A stretch of DNA of 32,634 bases from an uncultured Weeksellaceae bacterium (GTDB taxonomy: Bacteria > Bacteroidota > Bacteroidia > Flavobacteriales_D > CAYVSK01): NCBI GenBank assembly GCA_964582635.1, contig CAZOSO010000001.1, positions 39,222-71,855 of the forward strand, given 5' to 3'. Each line of letters opens with the position of its first letter. Position 1 is the stretch's first letter. Made by a program: the position numbers and the translations under genes. This document shows positions 23,812-31,425 of this stretch, one piece after another. Below the pieces are notes generated by a model that ran no database searches, had not been told where the DNA came from, and worked only from the letters and a program-made list of their open reading frames with translations.

Positions 23812-26800
23812 AGTTCCCCTTTCATTTGAAAGCACCTAGTTTTACCCTTCTCTTTCTTTTACTGTCCCTCCTTTCCCGAGCCCAGATCGATAGCGGTGAT
23901 CTCGGAGGGATGGAGCCCAGGGCCATCGGTCCCGCGGGAATGAGTGGAAGGGTGACGAGCATCGATGCACGACCTGAGGATCACGACCGTATTTGGATCG
24001 GTACAGCTTCCGGTGGTGTTTGGCGAACGAAAAACGGTGGCACCGATTGGACCCCGGTCTTCGATGATGAAAAGCACCTTTCCATCGGGGCCGTAAGCTT
24101 GGATCCGGAGAATCCCGATGTGATATGGGTAGGAACGGGGGAAGGCAATCCCCGGAATAGCGTTGCGACCGGTGGCGGTATTTATAAAAGCCTAGATGGT
24201 GGAACTACTTGGAAATGCATGGGCTTGGAGCGGACTCAGAACATTCATCGGATCCTCGTTCATCCTCAAGACCCGGATGTGGTGATGGTAGCCGCTATTG
24301 GATCCCCTTGGAAAGGTCATGAGGAACGAGGGGTGTATCGAACAGAGAACGGAGGGAAGACTTGGGAAAAAGTCCTTTATAAGGGACCCCATACAGGTTG
24401 TGCCGATCTGGTGATGGACCCTGAAAATCCGGATAAGTTCTTCGCTGCGATGTGGGAACATCAGCGTTGGCCTTGGTTCTTCCGTTCCGGGGGAAAGAAT
24501 TCCGGGCTGTTCGTGACCCATGATAAGGGAGACGAATGGAAAGAGATCGGCCCCGATCAAGGATTGCCTGAAGGCAAGCTCGGGCGGATCGGCCTTGCGA
24601 TCGCACCCAGCGATCCGGATCGGGTCTATGCCCTTGTGGAAGCTAAAAAGAACGCCCTTTATCGTTCGGATAATGGGGGAGAAAGCTTTAAAAAGATCAA
24701 CAGCGATGACATAGGGGGGCGTCCCTTTTATTATGCGGACCTCTATGTGGACCCTAAGAATAAGGATCGTCTCTATAACCTTTACTCCATGGTCTCTAAG
24801 AGCATCAATGGAGGAAAGGACTTCGAACTTCTTTTGCCCTATTCCAAAGTGCATCCCGATCATCATGCCTTCTGGATCGATCCGCAGGATCCATCGTTCT
24901 TGATCGATGGGAACGATGGAGGTTTGGCCATATCAAGGGATTACGGAGAGAATTGGCGTTTTGTGGAGAATTTGCCCCTCGCTCAGTACTATCATATCAA
25001 TGTCGATAAGCAGCGCCCTTACAATGTCTATGGAGGAATGCAGGACAACGGTTCCTGGAAAGGGCCCGCGTATACTTGGCGTAGGGGAGGGATCCGTAAT
25101 TCCTCCTGGGAAGAACTCTATTTCGGGGATGGCTTTGATGTGGTGCCGGACCGTTCGAATGAACGCTACGGATTTGCGATGTCCCAAGGAGGGAACCTGG
25201 CCCTATACGATCTAAGAACAGGACATACCGAACGTATTAAGCCTCCCGGCCCTGATTCAGTGGAGCTCAGGTTCAATTGGAACGCCGCCATCGCCCAGGA
25301 CCCACATGAACCCGGGACCATTTATTATGGGAGCCAGTTCGTTCACAAAAGCAGCGATAAAGGCTCCTCTTGGGACACCATTTCCCCCGATCTGACCACC
25401 GATGTACCCAGCAAGCAAAAACAGGAGAAGAGTGGGGGGTTGACCCTCGATGTGACCGAAGCCGAGAACCATACGACCATTCGGTCCATCGCTCTGAGCC
25501 CCGTAAAGGAAGGCATCATATGGGTGGGTACCGACGACGGGAATCTGCAGCTCAGTACCGACGATGGGAAGGGCTGGAAGGAGTTGTCGGGTTCTTTGCC
25601 AGGGGCTCCTGACAGTGCTTATATCGCTCAGGTCAAGGCCTCAGAACACGACCCTTCCACTGCTTTTGTGGTGATGAACGACTACCGACGCGGGGATAGA
25701 AGCCCTTATGTTTATAAGACCACCGACATGGGGAAAAGTTGGTCGAGGCTTACGGATGGGAAAAGCGTCGATGTTCCGGTCCGTTCGATCGTTCAGGATC
25801 CCGAAGAGCCCTCTCTTCTTTTCCTTGGAGCTGATGATGGCCTCTATTTCAGTTTGAACGGGGGAGCGGAATGGCAAAAATGGACGAGCGGTTATCCCAA
25901 CGTTCAAACCCGCGATCTGGTGATCCATCCCCGAGAACACGACTTGGTGATCGGAACCTTCGGCCGTTCAGCCTATATCCTCGATGATATTCGGCCTTTA
26001 AGAACGCTGGCCAGGAAGGGACCCGCTCTTCTGGAAGACACTTTGAAGCTCTACGATCCCCCGCCCGCTTATATGGTCCAATACAAGCAACCCTCGGGTA
26101 TGCGCTTTACGGCCGATGCGGTCTTTGAAGGGGAGAACCGCCCCTACGGAGCTCGCCTCACCTATTCGCTTCCCTCGATCGATACCACGCCCCAAGGGAA
26201 GCCCAAGAAAAAGGCGATGGTCCATATCCTGACGGAAAAGGGGGATACGATCAGAAGTTTCCGTCAAAAGATCGATAGTGGCATGAACCGCTTCCAATGG
26301 CGCTTCAGAGAGGACGGGGTACGCTATCCCAACCGAAGCGAACCGAAAAAAGAACGCTATCCGGCAGGGCAAAAGGTGCTTCCGGGAACATATCGCGTGC
26401 TGCTGTGCTACCAAGGGGCCAAGGATTCCACCCTTCTGGAAGTCCATTCCGATCCCCGAAAAAGCTTTTCACTAGAGGATGTTAAGGCTCGGAGAGCTCT
26501 TTACCGAGAACATAAAGACTATGTTGAACGTTCCACTGAAGCGGTGGATAAGCTAAGAGAAACGCGTAAAACGATCGAAAAGATCAAGGGGTTCGCTGAC
26601 CGGATCGAGAAGGACAGCCTCAAAAAGCACTTTCTAGCAAAAAGTGATTCATTGGTGAAAGGGATCGATACCCTTATGAAAGAGGTCGAACGGGAAGATC
26701 GGGAAGGGATCCTCCGGAAGGACGAGCTCCTTATCGCCCATCTTCGCCGCGCAGCGTATTATTTGCGTTCTTCGGAAGGGGCTCCGGGAGGAACGCAACG

Positions 26801-26972
26801 AAAAGTGCATCGAAGGGCCAAGGAAGAAGTCAGGGCATTCCTGGTCGAAGTGAATGCCTTTTTCAAAGGGCCCTGGAACGAATACAAAGAGCTCGTTCAG
26901 AACTCCGGCCTTTCCTTTTTCGGAAAGGACTCAAAAAAGATCGAGGTACCGGAGGGAGTGGACGACGAATGA
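23808..26972 (+). CDS. secreted BNR/Asp-box (sortilin/VPS10-like) beta-propeller protein with a helical C-terminal extension
   Basis: 1054 aa. ATGA overlap with the rpiB stop. Signal peptide (FTLLFLLLSLLSRAQ). At least 11 Asp-box motifs of the type S.D.G.[ST]W (e.g. KSLDGGTTWKCM, RTENGGKTWEKV, KSSDKGSSWDTI, KTTDMGKSWSRL). The last 250 aa or so are charged and helical. Confidence 0.85.
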   Translation: MKFPFHLKAPSFTLLFLLLSLLSRAQIDSGDLGGMEPRAIGPAGMSGRVTSIDARPEDHDRIWIGTASGGVWRTKNGGTDWTPVFDDEKHLSIGAVSLDPENPDVIWVGTGEGNPRNSVATGGGIYKSLDGGTTWKCMGLERTQNIHRILVHPQDPDVVMVAAIGSPWKGHEERGVYRTENGGKTWEKVLYKGPHTGCADLVMDPENPDKFFAAMWEHQRWPWFFRSGGKNSGLFVTHDKGDEWKEIGPDQGLPEGKLGRIGLAIAPSDPDRVYALVEAKKNALYRSDNGGESFKKINSDDIGGRPFYYADLYVDPKNKDRLYNLYSMVSKSINGGKDFELLLPYSKVHPDHHAFWIDPQDPSFLIDGNDGGLAISRDYGENWRFVENLPLAQYYHINVDKQRPYNVYGGMQDNGSWKGPAYTWRRGGIRNSSWEELYFGDGFDVVPDRSNERYGFAMSQGGNLALYDLRTGHTERIKPPGPDSVELRFNWNAAIAQDPHEPGTIYYGSQFVHKSSDKGSSWDTISPDLTTDVPSKQKQEKSGGLTLDVTEAENHTTIRSIALSPVKEGIIWVGTDDGNLQLSTDDGKGWKELSGSLPGAPDSAYIAQVKASEHDPSTAFVVMNDYRRGDRSPYVYKTTDMGKSWSRLTDGKSVDVPVRSIVQDPEEPSLLFLGADDGLYFSLNGGAEWQKWTSGYPNVQTRDLVIHPREHDLVIGTFGRSAYILDDIRPLRTLARKGPALLEDTLKLYDPPPAYMVQYKQPSGMRFTADAVFEGENRPYGARLTYSLPSIDTTPQGKPKKKAMVHILTEKGDTIRSFRQKIDSGMNRFQWRFREDGVRYPNRSEPKKERYPAGQKVLPGTYRVLLCYQGAKDSTLLEVHSDPRKSFSLEDVKARRALYREHKDYVERSTEAVDKLRETRKTIEKIKGFADRIEKDSLKKHFLAKSDSLVKGIDTLMKEVEREDREGILRKDELLIAHLRRAAYYLRSSEGAPGGTQRKVHRRAKEEVRAFLVEVNAFFKGPWNEYKELVQNSGLSFFGKDSKKIEVPEGVDDE

Positions 26973-27496
26973 CCAAAAACCAGCAATCCATGGATGTAGC
27001 CGATCAACGGATCGTTTCCGTCTCCTACCAACTTCATGCAGGGGACCAAGAAGGCCAGCTCGTAGAAGAGGTGAGCAAAGAAGAACCGCTTCGCTTCCTA
27101 TACGGGGGCGGAAATCTCCTTCAATCTTTTGAAAAGAATGTAGAGGGATTGAACGAAGGGGATTCCTTTGATTTCACCATTTCCAGTGAAGATGCCTACG
27201 GTCCTTACCGCGAAGATGCCGTCATCGAACTACCTTATGATGCCTTCCGTGTGGAAGGAGAATTAAGGGAAGACCTCCTCAAAGAAGGGACGCGGGTCCC
27301 TATGCAGGATAGTGAAGGCAACTCCCTCGAAGGAAGGATCAAACAGCTGAAGGACGAGAGTGTGGAAATGGATTTCAACCATCCTCTCGCAGGCCAAGAC
27401 CTTCACTTTTCAGGTGAGGTAGTGAATGTACGAGAAGCGACCGAGAGCGAAAAAGAAGCAGGTTCCCCTCAAGATCAAGATCAAGGGAACAGCTAA
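26969..27496 (+). CDS. slyD: SlyD-like FKBP-type peptidyl-prolyl cis-trans isomerase
   Basis: 175 aa. ATGA overlap with the upstream stop; ATG 26990 is an alternative start. It is collinear with the SlyD pattern (VSVSYQL..., GGGNLLQSFEKNVEGLNEGDSFDFTISSEDAYGPY, an IF-domain insert, DFNHPLAGQDLHFSGEVVNVREAT). It lacks a His-rich tail. Confidence 0.85.
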   Translation: MTKNQQSMDVADQRIVSVSYQLHAGDQEGQLVEEVSKEEPLRFLYGGGNLLQSFEKNVEGLNEGDSFDFTISSEDAYGPYREDAVIELPYDAFRVEGELREDLLKEGTRVPMQDSEGNSLEGRIKQLKDESVEMDFNHPLAGQDLHFSGEVVNVREATESEKEAGSPQDQDQGNS

Positions 27497-27510
27497 GTTT
27501 CAGCCTCTCT

Positions 27511-27550
27511 AAAAAAAGAAAGCTCCCCCAAACGGGGGAGCTTTTCTTTT
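27511..27550. terminator. bidirectional rho-independent terminator between the convergent slyD-like and csp genes
   Basis: 11-bp stem AAAGCTCCCCC (27519-27529) paired with GGGGGAGCTTT (27534-27544), with a 4-nt loop. It is flanked by an A-tract (27511-27517) and a T-rich tract (27545-27550), so a U-tail follows the hairpin on either strand. Confidence 0.8.
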
Positions 27551-27613
27551 ATATTCCAAGAAGTAATTAAGGAAAGGGTCCTCGATCGGAGAACCCTAAA
27601 GGATACATAGGGA

Positions 27614-27805
27614 TCAATCCACCCGACGTACGTCGACGGCGTTCATCCCTTTGCGTCCTTCGCGGAGTTCGAAACTAACGTCGTCCTCGTCGCGGATCTC
27701 GTCAATGAGACCCGTAGCGTGTACGAAGTATTCCTCTCCACTTTCCTTTTCACGAATGAAGCCATAACCTTTGGCTTCGTTGAAGAATTTGACTTTGCCT
27801 TCCAT
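27614..27805 (-). CDS. cold-shock protein (CspA family, 63 aa)
   Basis: MEGKVKFFNEAKGYGFIREKESGEEYFVHATG carries the RNP1 (KGYGFI) and RNP2-like (VFVH-type, here YFVHA) motifs. The ORF-track N-terminal extension to 27940 has no family support and would run into the dxr promoter region. Confidence 0.9.
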   Translation of the reverse strand: MEGKVKFFNEAKGYGFIREKESGEEYFVHATGLIDEIRDEDDVSFELREGRKGMNAVDVRRVD

Positions 27806-27850
27806 TGTTGAATGCTGATCTGTGATCGAATCGATTGTTTTAACGAATGG

Positions 27851-27858
27851 TAAAAATA
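27851..27858 (-). promoter_or_regulatory. near-consensus -7 box (TATTTTTA) upstream of csp
   Basis: The reverse complement of taaaaata at 27851-27858 has one mismatch to TAnnTTTG. It lies 46 nt upstream of ATG 27805, which would give a 5' UTR of about 40 nt. Confidence 0.3.
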
Positions 27859-27939
27859 GGGAAAATTCCGATCCCTGCGCTTTTTTAAAGCGATCGACTT
27901 TCCGGCGACTTAAAAAATGGAGGCCTGCAAGGGATCCCA

Positions 27940-27947
27940 TACCTTTG
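27940..27947 (+). promoter_or_regulatory. candidate -7 promoter box (TACCTTTG) for the dxr-rseP operon
   Basis: Exact TAnnTTTG match ending 16 nt before ATG 27964. This argues against the TTG 27955 start in the ORF track. Confidence 0.5.
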
Positions 27948-27963
27948 TAGCGCTTTGGATAGG

Positions 27964-29139
27964 ATGAGAAAAAAAGGGATAGCGATACTCGGTTCCACTG
28001 GCTCGATCGGTTCTCAAGCCCTCGAGGTGATCGAAGAGCATCCTGAAGCGTTCAGTTTGGAAGTGCTCACCGCACACTCCAATGCCGAGCGCCTTATCGA
28101 GCAATCCCTCCGTCATCAACCCGATACGGTTGTTATTAGCAGAGAAGACAAGTATCAGAAAGTAGCGAAAGCGCTTCAGGATAAAGGGATCAAGGTCTTT
28201 GCGGGATCCGATGCCCTCGATCAAGTGGTGGAGAAAGATGGCATCGATACCGTTCTTACAGCATTGGTCGGATATGCGGGCTTGAAGCCCACATTGGCCG
28301 CCATCGAAGCTGGAAAGGATATCGCTCTTTCCAATAAGGAGACTTTGGTCGTGGCCGGTGAGCTCGTTACCCGTAGAGCGCACCAAAAAGGGGTGGATCT
28401 TTATCCCGTCGATTCGGAACATTCCGCTATTTTCCAATGCCTGCAGGGAGAGGATGGCAATCCTGTGGACCGGCTTTATCTGACCGCTTCGGGTGGTCCT
28501 TTCAGAGGAATGGGCCCGGATGATCTTAAAAAAGTCACGAGAGCGGAGGCATTGGACCATCCCAATTGGGATATGGGCGCTAAGATCACCATCGATTCAG
28601 CGACCATGATGAACAAGGGACTGGAAGTGATCGAAGCCCATTGGCTTTTCGGCATTCCTCAGGAACGGATCGAGGTGGTAGTTCATCCCCAGTCCGTCAT
28701 CCACTCGATGGTCCGATTTTCGGATGGCATTATAAAGGCAGAATTGGGGGAACCGGATATGAAACGCCCCATTCGCTTTGCTTTGGGTTTCCCTTATCGC
28801 CTTTCCACCCAAGAGAAGGGGCTGGACCCCTTTGATTTCCCCGCGCTGAGCTTTGAGCGTGCTGATACAGGAACTTTTCGGAATCTCGGCTTCGCTTTCG
28901 AAGCGTTGAGAAAAGGCGGGAATCGACCTTGCATTTTGAACGCGGCGAACGAAGTGGCTGTGGATGCTTTTTTAAAGGACGAGATCGCTTTTCCGGAAAT
29001 ATCGGATCTGATCGGAGAATGCTTGGAAAAGGTGGGAACGGTCGCTCAACCCGGATATGAGGATCTGGTAGAGAGCGATCGGGAAGCCCGTGAACTTGCC
29101 ATGGATCTTTTGAAAAAAGGACAAGGGCTTCGATCCTGA
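27964..29139 (+). CDS. dxr: 1-deoxy-D-xylulose-5-phosphate reductoisomerase
   Basis: MRKKGIAILGSTGSIGSQAL is the NADPH-binding motif. Also present are LSNKETLV, PVDSEHSAIFQC, LTASGGPF, HPNWDMGAKITIDSATMMNKGLEVIEA and HPQSVIHSMV. Confidence 0.95.
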   Translation: MRKKGIAILGSTGSIGSQALEVIEEHPEAFSLEVLTAHSNAERLIEQSLRHQPDTVVISREDKYQKVAKALQDKGIKVFAGSDALDQVVEKDGIDTVLTALVGYAGLKPTLAAIEAGKDIALSNKETLVVAGELVTRRAHQKGVDLYPVDSEHSAIFQCLQGEDGNPVDRLYLTASGGPFRGMGPDDLKKVTRAEALDHPNWDMGAKITIDSATMMNKGLEVIEAHWLFGIPQERIEVVVHPQSVIHSMVRFSDGIIKAELGEPDMKRPIRFALGFPYRLSTQEKGLDPFDFPALSFERADTGTFRNLGFAFEALRKGGNRPCILNAANEVAVDAFLKDEIAFPEISDLIGECLEKVGTVAQPGYEDLVESDREARELAMDLLKKGQGLRS

Positions 29140-29174
29140 AGCCTTATCATTGCCCCTTCAAAACCCCTTTTTGA

Positions 29175-30527
29175 ATGGATATCCTGATCAAAGTGCTCCA
29201 GCTCCTCTTGAGCTTGTCGATCCTTGTGGTGCTCCACGAGCTAGGCCACTTTATTCCCGCTAAGCTTTTCGGGACCAGGGTGGAAAAGTTCTTCCTTTTT
29301 TTCGATGCGGGTTTCTCCTTATTTAAGGTCAAGCGCGGCGACACCACTTACGGGATCGGATGGATCCCCCTCGGAGGGTATGTGAAGCTTTCGGGGATGG
29401 TCGATGAATCCATGGACACGGAGCAGTTGGATAAGGAGCCGGAACCCCATGAATTTCGAGCGAAGCCTGCTTGGCAACGGCTGATCATCATGGTCGGAGG
29501 AGTGACCGTCAATGTCCTCCTCGGCTTCTTCATCTATGCCATGATCTTGAATTTTCACGGAGAGCGCTATTTGCCGAACGATTCGTTGAAGGATGGTATT
29601 TGGGTACCGAGCGATATCGGTAAAGAAGTGGGATTTCGGACCGGTGATAAGATCCTTACGATCAATGGGGATAGTGTCGAGCGCTTTGGAACGGATCTGC
29701 AAAGCCGTATGGCAAGTGAAGGGGGAACGGTCACAGTTCGTCGTGATGGCTCCGTTGAACGCATCGAGCTTCCCAAGAACTTGATGGGGATGATGTCCGA
29801 AGCACGGGGAGAGCCCCTTTTTATGTACCGTATGCCCTTCTTTGTGGGAGGGGTTCCCGATACATCCATCAACAGTGACCAAGACCTTAAGAAAGGGGAC
29901 CGTATCGTTTCCCTAGGAGAGAGGGGTATTCGCTACTTCGATCAGGCCCGACCCGTTTTGAAAGAAAATGCGGGGAAGCAGATCGATACTAAAGTAGTGA
30001 GAGATGAAGATACCTTGATGAAGGAATTGACCGTGAATGACAGTGGGAAGATCGAGGTTCTGGTCGGAAAAGCTTCTCCCAAGCAATTGGAGAAGCTAGG
30101 GGTTTATGAGCTTAAGACGAAGCATTATAGCTTCTTCGGATCCTTCCCTGCAGGATGGGATAAGACCGTCAAGGAACTTTCCCGCTACGCTAAAATGTTC
30201 GGCTCGATCTTCATCCCCCAAACTGGTGCCTATAAAGGAGTGGGAGGTTTCGGCACCATCGGCAGTATTTTTCCGGCTAGCTGGGATTGGTTGGTATTTT
30301 GGCGTATCACAGCGCTATTGTCGTTGGTCCTGGCGTTTATGAACATTCTCCCCATTCCTGCATTGGACGGAGGACATGTGATGTTCCTGATCTACGAAAT
30401 GGTCTCAGGAAGGCCCCCGGGACGTAAATTCATGGAGGTGGCCCAAATGGTGGGGATGTTGATCTTGCTAGCGCTTCTCTTGTACGCGAACGGAATGGAT
30501 CTTGTCAGAGCTTTTGGGGGAGAATGA
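29175..30527 (+). CDS. rseP: RIP (site-2) zinc metalloprotease, M50 family
   Basis: 450 aa. HELGH zinc motif at the N-terminus inside a TM helix, central PDZ-like segments (GDKILTINGD, GDRIVSLGE) and the C-terminal NILPIPALDGGH motif. It sits immediately downstream of dxr, the widely conserved arrangement. Confidence 0.92.
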   Translation: MDILIKVLQLLLSLSILVVLHELGHFIPAKLFGTRVEKFFLFFDAGFSLFKVKRGDTTYGIGWIPLGGYVKLSGMVDESMDTEQLDKEPEPHEFRAKPAWQRLIIMVGGVTVNVLLGFFIYAMILNFHGERYLPNDSLKDGIWVPSDIGKEVGFRTGDKILTINGDSVERFGTDLQSRMASEGGTVTVRRDGSVERIELPKNLMGMMSEARGEPLFMYRMPFFVGGVPDTSINSDQDLKKGDRIVSLGERGIRYFDQARPVLKENAGKQIDTKVVRDEDTLMKELTVNDSGKIEVLVGKASPKQLEKLGVYELKTKHYSFFGSFPAGWDKTVKELSRYAKMFGSIFIPQTGAYKGVGGFGTIGSIFPASWDWLVFWRITALLSLVLAFMNILPIPALDGGHVMFLIYEMVSGRPPGRKFMEVAQMVGMLILLALLLYANGMDLVRAFGGE

Positions 30528-31417
30528 TACTCGATCAGCTACAAATAAGGATCTCGGCCGCTTTTTTGCTCTTTTTCATGACTTCGTTCGCTGCAGCCCA
30601 AACGGAAACCCGTGATAGGAGCGATGAGTCGGAAGAAGAGCGTTACACGGTGCCCGATTCTTTGGCAAAAGAACCGGATCCAGGAAAGGTCCTCTTGATC
30701 CCCTATGAGCCGAACCGGTACAACAATGAATTGGAAAAGGAGATGAAGGAGGAAACAGGGCTTCGGCTCCGTCAGATCCGAAAAAGGATCCGTTTCGGCC
30801 TTGATAATGCCTTTTTAGACCGTCTTCGGGAAGAGCATGAGACCGTTTCCTATATGAGGGAGAACGATCCCGATCGGAACTTCGAGTTAAAGCACCTGTA
30901 CCGAAGCCTTGCTTATAAATACCGCCCAGTACCTGAGGAAGATATCAAAGGCGGGAAGGAGGATGAGGAGGATAAAGGCCCTCTTGAGCGCTTGTTCGGG
31001 GGTTCGGAAGAGGAGAGCGAAAAAGACACCGGGGCGGGAAGAGATGTGATGGAAGAAGGGCAGATCAAAGACCGCCCGGACCAACGCATCCGATATATGG
31101 ATGCGATGTTCCGTCGAGGAGAAGTCCTCGAATACTTGAGCCGCAAGTATGGGGTCGGTTATCTCCTCTTTATCAATCACTTGGATATAAGACCCAGGAA
31201 GGACGAGCCAGGTGAATTGGCAGCTGGTCAACATCAGAACCTCATCAAGGTCCACTATACCATTATGGACCATCAGGGACAAAGGGTCGATGGAGGAGCT
31301 TCCTTTGTCAGTTTCCCTTCGGAAGTGAAGGACCTCAACGGCTTGATCAAAGCGTATTTTCCCCAAGCCGCCGATCCGGTTGTATCCGAACTCGAAGTTC
31401 ACCGAGAAGGTGGCTGA
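30524..31417 (+). CDS. hypothetical secreted acidic protein
   Basis: 297 aa. ATGA overlap with the rseP stop. Signal peptide (ISAAFLLFFMTSFAAAQ). The middle is very acidic and charged (KGGKEDEEDKGPLERLFGGSEEESEKD). I recognise no family. Coding status rests on ORF length, operon context and the signal peptide. Confidence 0.6.
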   Translation: MILDQLQIRISAAFLLFFMTSFAAAQTETRDRSDESEEERYTVPDSLAKEPDPGKVLLIPYEPNRYNNELEKEMKEETGLRLRQIRKRIRFGLDNAFLDRLREEHETVSYMRENDPDRNFELKHLYRSLAYKYRPVPEEDIKGGKEDEEDKGPLERLFGGSEEESEKDTGAGRDVMEEGQIKDRPDQRIRYMDAMFRRGEVLEYLSRKYGVGYLLFINHLDIRPRKDEPGELAAGQHQNLIKVHYTIMDHQGQRVDGGASFVSFPSEVKDLNGLIKAYFPQAADPVVSELEVHREGG

Positions 31418-31425
31418 CCCTTTCC

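Noticed and set aside
27878-27892. Small hairpin CGCTTT-TTT-AAAGCG in the csp/dxr divergent region.
   Set aside because: The stem is only 6 bp and A/T-rich, and no gene ends there that would need a terminator. It could be an operator, but the evidence is too thin to call.
27806-27940. 45-codon N-terminal extension of the cold-shock ORF (MGSLAGLHFLSRRKVDRF...).
   Set aside because: CspA-family proteins are about 65-70 aa and begin near the MxGKVKWFN motif. The extension has no support and overlaps the divergent dxr promoter region.
27910-28560. 216-aa minus-strand ORF overlapping dxr.
   Set aside because: It is antisense to an unmistakable Dxr sequence, has no recognisable motifs, and would run through the dxr promoter box.
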